A stretch of 53,571 nt of DNA, filler included, from Catajapyx aquilonaris (GCA_000934665.2; 2 parts of 2 records of this genome joined end to end with filler, not necessarily neighbours in it), one strand, 5' to 3'. Positions 1 through 11,727 are shown, numbered from the whole stretch's first letter. Numbers and translations are program-made. Notes: a model not told the origin generated them from the letters alone.

Positions 1-499
1 TCCCTCCCTCCCTCCCAGCTAGCCACCCTGCCTGCCTTGCCCCCTTCTTGGGGGGAAAAAAAGTCACGAAAGCCTGATTTCACTGGTGGAAAAGTAGCCG
101 ACGCTAACAGGTGAGAGCTGGCAAGCCGCCCTTCTATTGACATCGCCAAAGCAGCTCTTCAAACCCCGTAATTAATTAATTGTTACGCCATATTTTGTTC
201 CTTCGCTGTTTCGGACAACATCTACGAACGAGGTTACGTTCCTGAAAATGTCAATAGGATCAACATAGGAGAAACAGTGCATTATTACTGTATATGCAGC
301 GCAACGTTGCTGCTTCAACGAACCGCTTACGTCACGTGTGTTTGTTTACATGCGCGGAAGAACGTAGTTTCCCAATTATTTATTCATATATTATACAGCA
401 GTTATGATGAACTTGAGGTGTCGGTCAACGTACGCACAAGTCATTTCATTTGCGAATCATCTTTCTCTGATGCAACAGTTAAACCGTTTAAGTACGTAA

Positions 500-1050
500 A
501 AACATGTCTCCCCATGTTTTCAGGGTCGCTGATTTCAATTTTTAGGTTATTTTGAACTTATACCTACAGGGTGTACCAAAAAACACGATCGAATTTAAGG
601 CGAAATTAAAAAGAAGAATTCTGTGGAATAAGCGGAATGAATAGGTGTGTGATGTTACCCTTTGCGGTCACTGCGTTTTGCGGTCGCTACTTCATATTTT
701 GAGGCTATTATAAAACTAAGACCTACAGGGTGTACCAAAAACAGGGTAGAATTTAATAATCTGCAGAATAAGCGGTAGTGCGGTACAAGTAGGTGAAACT
801 TATGTTTCCCCTGTTATTAAGGTCGCTGACTTCGATTTTTATGTTATTTTGAACATATACCTACAGGGTGTACTAAAAAACTCAGTATGGAATTTAAGAA
901 CTTGTATAGAATAAACATTACAAGCAGGTGAAAATAACGTTTTCCGATGTTTTCGCGGTCCTAATTTTGATTTTTATGTTATTTTGAATCAGGACATACA
1001 GGGTGTACCATAACAAGACCATCGAATTTAAGAACTTGTATGATCTACAT
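500..1050. repeat. Imperfect tandem array of four ~135-160 bp units
   Basis: TACAGGGTGTAC at 565, 724, 862 and 997, each preceded by GGTCGCT...TTATTTTGAA-like sequence and followed by GAATTTAA. Confidence 0.85.
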
Positions 1051-1567
1051 GATAAGTACGAATTTTTATTTTTAACCCAGATATGCCTGAAAGATTTTTT
1101 GTTTAAATTTTGTTTTTTGTTTGTTTTTATTAGTTCGTAATAGTCCCCAAAACACAACAAAAATGGTAAAAAATTATGGAATGCTAGATTGCAAGAAAAG
1201 GGCCGTCCCCTATAGGGGACACTCGGCAAATGTAACCTATAGTATGGCTATACTGTACAAGGAAAACGTAAGATATAGGCTGCTGTATTGATATAAAGAT
1301 AAGTTTTTTTTTAATTCATTGAAAAATACAGAGAAGGAATGTTATAGCTAAGACCCAATGCCCTATGTATATTGGACATCTCATTTTGCAATAAGTGATT
1401 GCAACAAAAATATGAAATTCTGAAAAATGGCTTCTACTCCTCCACTACAGAGGGTTCTTTCAAAGTATTACTAAATAATTGCACAAATGGCTTCTCGGGT
1501 CTCAGGAGGGTATAACGGAAACGTGTTCATTGCGGAAATTTAGAGTAACGTGCTATTCAGATATGTA

Positions 1568-1912
1568 CAGTGCTGGACATATTAGCCGTCGCTGAATGTT
1601 TTTTCCGGCGGCGGCGCGGCGGCGCGGCGTTACCTGGCAACCCCGTCCGGCGGGCCAATTCAAACATCAGCCCATGGAGAGTGCTTCCATTGTTGCCACT
1701 GTTTACAAATCGAGTGAGTGACGCGGACGACCCAGCGACGGGTCTCTTCTGCCTGCGCACTCACTCACTCGATTTGTAAACAGTGGCAACAATAGAAGTA
1801 CTCTCCATGTGCTGGTGTTTGAATTGGCCCGCCGGACGGGGTTGCCAGGTAACGCAGCGACGTCGCCGACGGAAAAAAAAACATTCAGCGACGGCTAATT
1901 TGTCCAGCACTG
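1568..1912. mobile_element. Tc1/mariner-type MITE, almost fully palindromic
   Basis: Ends CAGTGCTGGACA...TGTCCAGCACTG, TA on both sides (1566-1567, 1913-1914), ~150-bp inverted arms. Confidence 0.9.
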
Positions 1913-2060
1913 TACAGGTTTCGCTGTATACAGGGTGGACCAACTTCAAGTGTCGTTTTATAACGGCGATTAATAGCAGTGATTTTGCGATGACGTAGCA
2001 GCGACGTGTAAAATGTCCCACTTAGGCGCCTGAAATGAGGCTAACCTGAAATGAGGAACG

Positions 2061-2544
2061 ATCTGACAACCAAGCTCTTTTTTTCCTCCTAAATGTTAAC
2101 ATTTTTTGGATTTTATAATTCTGCTAGTGCTAATTTTCACGTCAAAATTCAAGGCAAAAGGCGATATTCCGAAGCCACAACACTAGCAACCGGTCGCGGG
2201 TCGCAGGTCCCCGGTCGCCGCAACTGTAGCGCGCTCTAGGGTGGCGCGAACGAGTAGAATATCACCTCACACGCTTCGAAATCGATTTTATGTAGCAATT
2301 TATGAATCAACTTTTATCAATCATTTACATATCACTGATATCAGGCGCGGCGACCCGCGACCCGCGACCGGATGCAGGTGTTGTGGTTTCGCAATCTCGC
2401 CTTTTGGCTTGTAGTTTGACCATGTTAACGTGAGAATTAGCAGCAGAGGTGATGTTTGCACAACACTATAGGCCAAGCAGAATTATAAAATCCAAAAAAT
2501 TTCAAAATATAGGAGGATAAAAAGAGTTAGTTTGGTTGTGAGTC
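2061..2544. mobile_element. Non-autonomous inverted-repeat element, same family as 23077-23872
   Basis: Starts ATCTGACAACCAA, ends TTTGGTTGTGAGTC; long imperfect inverted arms shared with the 23-kb copy. Confidence 0.75.
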
Positions 2545-2692
2545 GCATTTTGGTTGCCTAACATTGAGCAAGTCACTGTGATAAATTATACGAGTAATAA
2601 ATTATGTGGTCCTTGTGACTGCCAAGCCACATTTTGAAGGTGAAAATACAGCTCCCAAAATAAATGTTGAATTCAAGAGATCCCGTATGGGA

Positions 2693-2974
2693 GTTCAGTG
2701 GGGCTTAACGTCGGCCTATTTCTCCCCGTAAGGCTCAACACCGACGCCAGGGGGTGGTCCTCCTCCTGGAAATTTTGCCACTCTGGGGATCTTTAACGTG
2801 CACTCGCGCAATGTCACAAGCACACGGGACCGACGGCTTTACTTCCCCTCCGAAGGAAGGCGCACTCTCACTTTTCTACCACTCGGAGAAAAGTCACCGA
2901 CCTTGGCCGGGTTCGAACCCACAACCTTGGGACCAGAGGCGAGCGCGCTAACCACTAGTCCACCAAGGCCGGCT
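2693..2974 (-). mobile_element. tRNA-derived SINE with a Nin/Deu-like central domain
   Basis: Minus-strand A box TGGACTAGTGG and B box GGTTCGAACCC; GTAAAGCCGTCGGTCCC...CACGTTAAAGATCCC core; 12-bp TSD TCCCGTATGGGA at 2681-2692 and 2975-2986. Confidence 0.88.
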
Positions 2975-3591
2975 TCCCGTATGGGACAATGCGATCTTCA
3001 AACGTCAAACCATCATAGCTTGATATCAGTCAAATGTGATTCTTAGCGTTCTGCATTTCAGATTTTCAGATGATGATTGGCCGCAACATTCGAAACAAGA
3101 TGCAATGAAGGTGCTATAGATGTGGAGAATTCTGGCTAAACCAGTATTATTGCGATCAACTCAAAGTTCAGAAGACAAGGCCACACCTGTCACCGGAAGA
3201 AATTTACAGGAGCTGCCATAATAATTATTTTCTGCGGGTAAGAGATATCATTCGAAAGATTGTTCCACTGGTGATGGACTCGGACGCAACTCCGCCCCTA
3301 TACTCCTGCAATATGCGTCAGATCAAGGACAGTCTTCTGCGGAGGACGTGTGAACGAAGAAAAGCGCAAGAAGATGAGGGCAAGACCAAGCGGGGCAAGA
3401 TGGTGCGGAAATCTACACCTTCCAACTTATCATACTTACGTGTGAGACTTTGCAATCCACGGGAAAGTCAAAAGGTGCTGGAAGTCCAAGGGAAAGCTGG
3501 TAGTCACTGTCAAGGAGGCCCTCGATGACTGGGAAAATAGAGATGACCTTCACTTGTCACCGAAGCATCACACAGGTGAATCTATAGGCTA

Positions 3592-3764
3592 CTCTGTAAA
3601 TCGCAAAGCGCCACATAGCATTAAAATAGCATCATGCTCTTGTAATGTTAGTTGTTGCTTTTCGCAACAAAAAGCATTACAAGAGCATTAAACAACATTA
3701 ACATATTAATGCTACATGAGAGACTCAGTAGTGATGCTCTTTTAATGGTCTGAGGTTTACAGTG
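3592..3764. mobile_element. Small CACTG-ended MITE (EnSpm/CACTA-like)
   Basis: TA-CTCTGTAAA...TTTACAGTG-TA ends with AGCATTA subrepeats; related sequence at ~36637-36724. Confidence 0.55.
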
Positions 3765-4108
3765 TAGTCACACACAACACACAGAGTGTTCTGGTTGACC
3801 ACGTAATAGAGAGCATTCAGGGTAAACTGGTCAAGAAGCCTCCGGAAGTTGTTAGCTGCACGGAGAGTGGGCCTAGGATATGAGGAGAGATGCCGAGGGA
3901 GCCTTCAACAAGGATTGGAGCTGCTCATGGAGTCGTCAGCAAACGGGAAGTTTTCCAAAGAGATTCAGGAAAACCCTCTCAAGAAAACGTCCTTCCCATG
4001 ACATGCTTTTCAAAAGGAGCGACGGGTTTTTCGCCTTTGCTGTTATCCTGCGCCTGCTAGCTGCGGTTCTTCCATAAGATGCCTCATTGGTTTCCATGGT
4101 TACTAGTT

Positions 4109-4456
4109 GAGGTATTGAGGTTACCACCTTACCCACCTTACGGGGTATTCGGGGGGCGGGGGGGGGGGGGGGCTAATCTGCACCCTACGATACCGTTACT
4201 GGAACCTTTAGCGTAGCGCCCGGACCCACGGGCAGGATGACAGGAGGGGATGTGCAAAGTGCAATGCAATGTCTCGAGTGTGGTCATTTTGTGAACTACC
4301 CCGGGTGGTTTAGTCTATCGGAAATACCACCCGAGACGAAGCCAGAGATAGCCTTAAACTCTGCACGAGATGAAGGGGCGAACCCCGGGCTGGGATCGAA
4401 CCCGGTACCTTAACATCCGTGGGCGCATACGTTACCGCAGAACCACTTCGCCTCCC
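4109..4456 (-). mobile_element. tRNA-derived SINE, same family as 38714-39058
   Basis: B box GGTTCGATCCC on minus; body matches the 38.7-kb copy; 17-bp TSD TTCCATGGT(T/G)ACTAGTT at 4092-4108 and 4457-4473. Confidence 0.85.
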
Positions 4457-6045
4457 TTCCATGGTGACTAGTTTTTGAGGGAACTTTATTTTTTGTGGCG
4501 AAATGCGACGTTAATCTGGAAAAACACGAACTAGGCGCTCTGCGCAAAGGTTTGGCATTTACAATAATACCATACTCGATATAATTATGATTGCATTAAA
4601 ATTGTGGACATACGGCCACAGAAATGTATCCGATTTTCACGCGATTTCTGTCGCCATGTCATTCAAATGGTGTTTTCGAAAGCCTCGTTTTCCACTCACT
4701 TCAACTCACTTCAACTCGTCCTAAATGTCACTTTTAGGCCGAAAATGGGAAGGAGACGAAGTAGGGGCACTGCGCCAGATCATATACTATTTTTTTGATG
4801 CAATTACTGTGCCGATTGAACTATTTTTGCGGACGTACGGCCACATGTAGTCATGTCGAATCCCCTATGCTGCCCATGCATAAGCGAGTTTGTTGGGGTC
4901 GTCGCCAAGGGCTCCGGATTGTTACCGTATTTTTACTACTGCGCCGCCATAACTATAAGTAGAACGAAAAACCGGCCACAGCTCTTTGTCAACAGTGGAG
5001 AAAAGTATGTGTTGTCTTGGTGATAGTTTCCATGGGTACATCCCAAAGTTTTTAGAATGAGATAATCATCGATATTTCATCACTACTGGATGGTGTGTAG
5101 GGGGAAACATATCCAATTGAGTAAATACGAGTATATCTTCTCTTTAAAATAATCTCTATAAATAATCTTCTCTATAAAGAAACTGTCATTATCGTGGATT
5201 TCCTCACTCAAGTACAAGAATAGACTGATGAAGAGAAATTAGTTATTAGGAGAAACGCATAATAGTTGGACATGTCGGATTGGAGGCCGCTCACGGGAGG
5301 AGTCTACCTGGTCAAGGCCAATCACGGGGCAAGAAAGCGATGACGCCAATTTGGAATATCGATCAAATTTGGTTGATAGGAGCCAATCACATAACGCTGA
5401 AGGGGATATCACTACCCCTGAGAATCAGGGATGTGTAACCTATGAACCAACGGCGGCGGAAGGTATTTCTATTTGGGGGGGGGGGGGGGGGCNCCCCCCC
5501 CCCCGCTCGTTTTCAAAGCGTACATAGCGTTTTTGACTTAGCAAAAATGCCGAAATGCGAATGGTTCAGAAAATGCCCATAAGACATTGTGGCCGCTTCT
5601 GGTTTTCTACTCCGCGACGTGGGCTAGTAATAACCTTATTGTGGTGTGGCAAATTGGTGAAAGGAAAGGCAGAAATGATTTTTTGAGCTCCTGAACGGCC
5701 CCTGGGCAGAAAGATGTGATGGTTAGGCGTTATAGAGGGTGAGAGATGGAGACCTTTGAGTTGGTTCCCCCTCTCGATGAGCGTTTCCGATCAGTATAGC
5801 GTCTGGGACAGTTCCAAAGACTATGCGTGTTACATGATGGTGTGAGTTTTGTATGAAACAAGGCCGCGCGACAGCGCGGCCGTTAGAAAAAATCACGGTT
5901 AGAATGAAATCGGAAGTGATTACTGAGGTGATCTGAGGTGATACACTTGGTGCTCCCACCTGCCTGCCCCCCTCTGCCCCCCCCCCCGGCCCACTCCCGA
6001 GGGGGGGGGGCATTGCCCCCCTGCCCCCCCCCCCCCGTTCCGCCG

Positions 6046-6091
6046 GAGTAAGAATTGGGCAGTTCAGGCCTGAACTGCCCAATTCTTACTC
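6046..6091. repeat. Perfect 46-bp spacerless palindrome
   Basis: GAGTAAGAATTGGGCAGTTCAGG|CCTGAACTGCCCAATTCTTACTC. Confidence 0.95.
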
Positions 6092-6868
6092 ACAGCCCAG
6101 TACTCAGTCTACTGGTACCTGGGGAAGCATGCTCTTTAGTGGAGCAAGATGGACTTATCTGTCTTGCCCTGGTTGGTCTCTGGGAAATTGAGGGACAGGG
6201 TTGTATGGAGTTAAGAACATTACGAGGAAACAAGGAATTCCCGCGACGTGGTGGTCATCTAACCACAGGCAATGGTTTTCTGATTGAAAATCTGCCCTGT
6301 CAAGCAAAGTCTCAGTGACTGCCATGTTGGCCCCACTCTCAACATTAGACCTGTTGAGAGAAGTTCAGTTTGTATCTTACAGCCTCCATATGCCCGAGTA
6401 AAAGCTTTCATCACAAAACGCCTATACGAGCGTAAAGTAATAACCAGATTCTCAGAAACATCATGTAAATTGCTGAATCGAATATATTCTGAATACGCTG
6501 AATGTAAGGTTGTGCTTGTTATCAAATAAGCTTACTCCGAGCAATATAATGAAAGTGAGCAGGCATATTCCACTAGGGGCTTGGTGGCGTGGGAGCCATA
6601 TAATAACAGTTTGGAACCAAACAATAATTGGGCTGCTGCATGGCAAAGTACGCGTCCCGCTGTGCCCTCTTGACAGAAATAGAAAGGCCCATCGGGGACA
6701 TGACATTGGGAGCTAATCATTGCCATTGGCGGCGATTTTCCCCAATCTCCCTCATCGCAAAGGGAAGTCATCTGACACAGGGACCGCTGGGAAAGAGGAA
6801 CATATACGCAGGGCGTTCATAAAGTGCGTACCTTCGTATTGAAGGAAAAGAGAGAAACCACACAATCA

Positions 6869-7164
6869 TGTTGCCATACCCACAACAATGGGTAAGACCC
6901 AACTAGCTCAGATGGGACGCAGGTTCCGTGAGGAAGGACGCCAGAATGAGAGTTCAAACCAGATATATATTATTTCCTTCAGAGAGTACAGAACAAGTGC
7001 CAAAGAGCGAGAGGGGCCGCCGAGCAGCACCCCTGCTTATACAGTATAAGGTCCCATCCCTCCATAATGACGTCAGGACTTGAAGGGGGGAGGAGAGTGG
7101 GAGCATGGGATGAGGGCATTGGGCAAGTGCCCCACAAGGCGGGAAAGGGGTTGGAAATACCACA
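6869..7164 (-). mobile_element. Probable solo LTR
   Basis: TGT...ACA termini, 296 bp, internal minus-strand TATAAG followed by an AATAATA-like signal; flanks AATCA/TATCA (5-bp TSD, one mismatch). Confidence 0.5.
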
Positions 7165-7323
7165 TATCAGGAACAAGGTTCCTGACAGTGTATTAGTCCT
7201 TCTCTACACTCTACCTATGAACCCTGCAGAGTCACACATTTTCCCCAGCGATGCACGACCTGTTGGACACCGTCATTGTAGAAGGCGACAATTGAAAAAA
7301 AAGTTTCAATATCTGTACGGTTA

Positions 7324-7560
7324 GGGGCGGCATGGTGGTCTAGTGGTTACGCCACTGGCCAGCCAAGCGGGAGGTCGGGGTTCAAATCCCGTCCCCGTCA
7401 CCTCTGCTTGGCCGTGTCTTTTTCCGCTTTTCACCCGACATACCGGGGCAGAATTCTCTGCTCCGGGGCAGGAGAAAAGGCCTGGTGTTAAAGAATGTCA
7501 GAAATTTATGGCTATCGCACGGTGCCCTCCATTGGGAACTTCCCCTTCCCCCCTCCCCAA
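7324..7560 (+). mobile_element. tRNA-derived SINE head, truncated
   Basis: A box TGGTCTAGTGG and B box GGTTCAAATCC; no clean acceptor stem, so not called a tRNA. Confidence 0.6.
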
Positions 7561-8082
7561 TCCAAAAAATCCAAAAAACTTTAAATCAAAGATGACGGCC
7601 AATTTTTGATTTTGATATTGATCAATAATCGACCCCTACGATTTGTTTTGAATGGCACTTAAAATGATCAGAGTAATGTTTACTTGAGATTTCCGCAAAA
7701 TCTGGAGAACCGGTTTTTGATAATTGCCTAATATAAAAACATTTTAGTTGCGAGACGCGTACCGTAAATGTAGTCACCTCAATTATCAATAAAATGACTC
7801 CAAATTTGCTGAGTTAAATATTCATGTTGCACATAATGATAATGCCTGATTCTATCACTCTACATAAATGTAATAAATATCTATTTCGTCTCAGTTAACT
7901 TTATGAGACTTCTTTTTAGTATGTAACTAAAATCGGTATTTCTTAATTATTATTACCAAAGTAGAGTGCTAGAATCAGGCATTATCATTATGCGCAACAT
8001 GAATATTTAACTCGACAAATTTGGAGTAATTTTATTCATAATTGAGGTGACTACAAATACGGTACGCGTCTGGCAACTAAAA
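7561..8082. mobile_element. Foldback DNA-transposon derivative, related to 47730-48026
   Basis: Inverted arms ~7742-7853 and ~7969-8082; 7561-7780 is the reverse-complement homologue of 47730-48026. Confidence 0.7.
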
Positions 8083-8194
8083 TTGGAGTGATCCGATCCC
8101 ACTTGAAAAAAATTCCAAAGTTCGGTCTGCAATCCACTGGTCGGCGGCCATTTTCAATTAATTATCAGCGCCAAAATGATGTCCCCGAAGTTCT

Positions 8195-9651
8195 TTTTTA
8201 GGTGACGAAGTCACTCTGGGCCAGGTCCGGACTGTAGGGTGGATAATTCATCACCTGGAAGCCCCAGTCTCTGATGGCATCTTGAACAACGCGGACTGGG
8301 GAATTGTCGTGGATCAGACACACACTTCTGGTGATCTTCCCGCGTCATTTTGAAGCAATGGCTTCTCCCAGTCGCTTTAGTAGGTCAGTGTAGATCAATA
8401 ATTCCCTACTGCCGCATTACGGATCACCTTTAAAACAACTCTAAAGGGGATATTAAAGGTGACCGGACTAAGAGTGTACTGTAACATGTTTCCGCTTGGC
8501 GCAGCTGGAAATATGAAGGGACCGACTTTTCTCCTTGCTTGTATCCGATATGCTTACAGTGTAGGAAGATTCCACTGTACTTTGTCAGCTACATTCACCT
8601 CAACTTTGTGACCTTGAACCCAAAAAACATTTCGCCTGCGGCGGGCTTGTTGGCCCTTCTGTTGTTGCCCCCTTTTCAACAGGTTTTCATTCCTCAGTTA
8701 TAAAATTTTCTTTCAAAAAACTCTTGCTGAAATTTATTGGGGGGGGGGGGNGGGGGGCGTGAGTGTTTGGTGAAAACGAAGAGGGGGACGAAAAGGTTGG
8801 GAATCACTGGTGTAGATACTGCCGGTGATTGCGGTCTTATGGGGCATGTTGTCTACCAGTAAAACACCTTCAGAATCCCAAAATCTGTGGCCATAATCTT
8901 GCCCCACGAAGGTTGCGTATGGCACTTCTTGGGTGATAAGGAATTCGCATGCTTCCGTTGCATGGACTCCATATGTGTTTCAGGATCCCAGGTTTTGTCT
9001 CCGGTCACTATCAGGGGCAAAAATATGTCAACATCTCCTTCATACAGCATGTCCAAGTTCTCTTGAGAGCATGCGACGCGAACAGACCTCTGGAGTGGCG
9101 AAAGCAACCTGGGTACCCATCGAGTATAAACTTTCCACATCCCCAAATAATCGTGTCGGATGGTTATAACACTCATTTGGAGATGCCCACCTCCATGGCT
9201 ATCTGTGAAGCCTTTAATCGCCTGTTTTCCATCACGAGATCACTACATTTTGTCACATGTCCCATGATGTTGCCTAGCTACAGACCTTCTGGAGTGGGGG
9301 TCATCTTCAAATGACTCCCTGCCCCACTTAAATTACTTGCACCAGTACTCTGTTGGGTCAATGGAAGGAGAACTGCCCCCATACACTGCCTTTAACTTGT
9401 GGTCAACATCTACAGGTCGTAGCCACTCCAATGTGAGAAAATTCATGACAGCACAGTGCTTGAATTACTTGAAATCCATCCTTGCACACATCTGTATAGC
9501 TTCGCAACACCCCCTGCTCATTCATTTCTGAGCGGATCGAGTTCAAACTTGCACACTTGTACAAGACGGGTTGAAAATACCTGTAATTAAAAAATTATGC
9601 GCTAAGCCATGTCCTTCATACCTAGGTAGATAACTTTTTGACCCTCTCTCG
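8195..9651 (-). pseudogene. Decayed mariner transposase with 5' TIR
   Basis: Translated motifs RWVPRLL, IVTGDKTW, FWDSEGVLLVD, HDNS and YPPYSPDLA, with stops and frameshifts; ATG at 9479; TIR-like CGAGAGAGGGTCAAAAAGT near 9651. Confidence 0.9.
8396..8809. mobile_element. hAT-type MITE nested in the mariner relic
   Basis: 8-bp TSD GTGTAGAT (8388-8395, 8810-8817); right end GGTTGGGAATCACTG, degenerate left end CAATAATTCCC. Confidence 0.8.
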
Positions 9652-9777
9652 CACACCAGTATGATAATAATAACACATTTATTTCCACTTTATCCTAGTT
9701 TGATACAGGTTTTAGCAAATATGCCAAAAGAAAAAGAACATAAGAATGTTCGTACGTATCAGAAAAATAACAAAATA

Positions 9778-10520
9778 CAGGGTGTCCCACTACCTCCCGA
9801 ACCCAGAAAATAGCGCATAACTGGTAAACCACTTGATGTAGGGCGATGAAATTTTACGGGTACATACCTTGGTCTGTGAAAGTAACATATTGTCATAGAA
9901 GATGCTGAAAGTGGCCCCCGTTTGCGTCTAAGCAGGTCTGAACACGACGCTCCATGTTCGCGAACGTGCAGGCCAGCATCTCGGGAGTTATCCCCTCAAT
10001 TGCGGAACGGATATTTTCCTGCAGTGCTGGGATTGTTCTTGGTTTGTTTTTGTAGACCTGTCCTTTTAGGTAACCCCACAGGAAATAATCTGGTGGAGTT
10101 AAATCGGGTGATCGTGGTGGCCAAATCCCCTTGGAAATGACTCGAGCTGGGAAGAAGGAATTGATGACGGCCATGCTGACCCTGGATGTGTGGCATGTTG
10201 CTCCGTCCTGCTGAAAGTAGCCCAATGTGAGTTCTTCATCGTCCAACTGCTGCACGAAAGTGTCGAAAATCTGGAGGTACACGTCGGATGTCACTGTTGA
10301 ATTGAAGAATACGGGTCCAACAATGCGACGTCGTGAAATCCCACACCACACGCCTACTTTCTCGGAATGGAGCGGTTCCTCGTGTATCGCGTGGGGATTT
10401 TCGCCGCAGCCGGTTTTCTCATGGATCAAGCTATGTCCCCGTAAAATTTCATCGCCCTACATCAAGTGGTTTACCAGTTATGCGCCATTTTCTGGGTTCG
10501 GGAGGTAGTGGGACACCCTG
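9778..10520 (-). mobile_element. Internally deleted Tc1/mariner-superfamily element retaining the transposase C-terminus (ORF 9893-10429)
   Basis: ~94-bp near-perfect TIRs starting CAGGGTGTCCC, TA TSD; protein motifs VWCGIS, FQQDGATCH, WPPRSPDLTPPDYFLWGYLK and GGHFQHLL. Confidence 0.95.
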
Positions 10521-10526
10521 TAGTAA

Positions 10527-10885
10527 ACTTACCAAGGATGTGTAGTCGTCACGACATGGTCCAGGGGAGAGAGTGAGAGATGACACTCCGAGTCTTATAC
10601 GTATAGTGGCAAAATTGCCCTTAGACGCGTAGAAACAAGCGCTGACATTGCGACACATGGGGCAATAAGTGCAGGTGTGAACGATGGCGCAATGCATCTT
10701 TTGCAACTGCACAGCTGCACCAGTAGGAAAAATTTCCTAGTCATCAGTTTGTCTTTTAAAGCAGAATAAACATAATAGGCATAATTGAGTCGCTTCAACT
10801 TGTGCAAGTGTTTCAGAATTTATATAACGTGTACGTCAATCGTATAGGCATCGCTGGGTGACACTTACAACATTTTCACGGCGTT
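10527..10885 (-). promoter_or_regulatory. Putative promoter plus short first exon, copy A of a duplicated module
   Basis: Minus-strand TATAAG (10594-10599), donor GTAAGT (10527-10532), E-boxes GCAGGTG (10671) and CAGCTG (10712); all conserved in copy B. Confidence 0.45.
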
Positions 10886-11152
10886 AAAAAAACACGAATT
10901 TTCGTACATTTCAATCTACTAATCAAACAGTTCACCATGTGGCAACATTTTTTGAATACTGCTAAGGCCGCTAGGTAGCAACACCTACCACATCAAAGAT
11001 ACAGTAAGTGCCGAACCCAGCGGCCTTGAGCGTAAAACTACGTGCATAGAGTGGGGGTTTTAGTACAAGGTAAGCCTAAATTTTGTCGTTTGGGTTGCGG
11101 GGCTACGAAGGATAACCTTGAACAGGTCCTTATTTAGAGCAGGAAGGAATAT

Positions 11153-11155
11153 TTA

Positions 11156-11233
<78 letters not shown>

Positions 11234-11571
11234 AGTTTACCCCGTGATGACCCTTATGGGTGCTATAGGGGGGTGGCATACCACCATCAGTTTTCTGTAT
11301 ATATTTTTCTGCTTCATTCACCGGTGCAAGGAAACAGGGACAATGGGAAAGGGTAGGGATTTTTGGGGAGGGAACATGAGTGCAAGGTGCAATGTCGTAG
11401 CTAATGGGTCATGTGCTGTTCCCCAGGAGGTTAGGTTGCCAGACACCTCCTTGGTGCAGGTCAGAGACCCTCCTGACGCAGGTGAAAGGAAAGTTCCCCA
11501 GGCGGGGATCGAACCTGGGGCCTTTCACTCAGCAAGCCGAGACGTTACCATCACGCCCACCACACCTCCCC
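11153..11571 (-). mobile_element. tRNA-derived SINE with (TA)n tail
   Basis: B box GGTTCGATCCC; 14-bp TSD GCAGGAAGGAATAT at 11139-11152 and 11572-11585. Confidence 0.88.
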
Positions 11572-11727
11572 GCAGGAAGGAATATAAGAAGAAAAAAGCG
11601 AATAAAAGTGGCAGGAAGCCATACGACGCGTAATTTATTGTCAGAAGACATAAACTTGGCCTTTAGGTTTGACTTCTAAATGGAAAACTGAGAAGTTCAT
11701 GGACTCACACTCTTCCAAAGTACTGTA

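Noticed and set aside
500..1050. CRISPR-like repeat/spacer appearance
   Set aside because: The whole units are homologous rather than unique spacers; eukaryotic context and no cas genes.
7324..7400. tRNA gene candidates (also 2900-2974, 11500-11571, 38720-38790, 48125-48185)
   Set aside because: A/B boxes are present, but there is no proper cloverleaf and each continues into a SINE body, mostly with TSDs.
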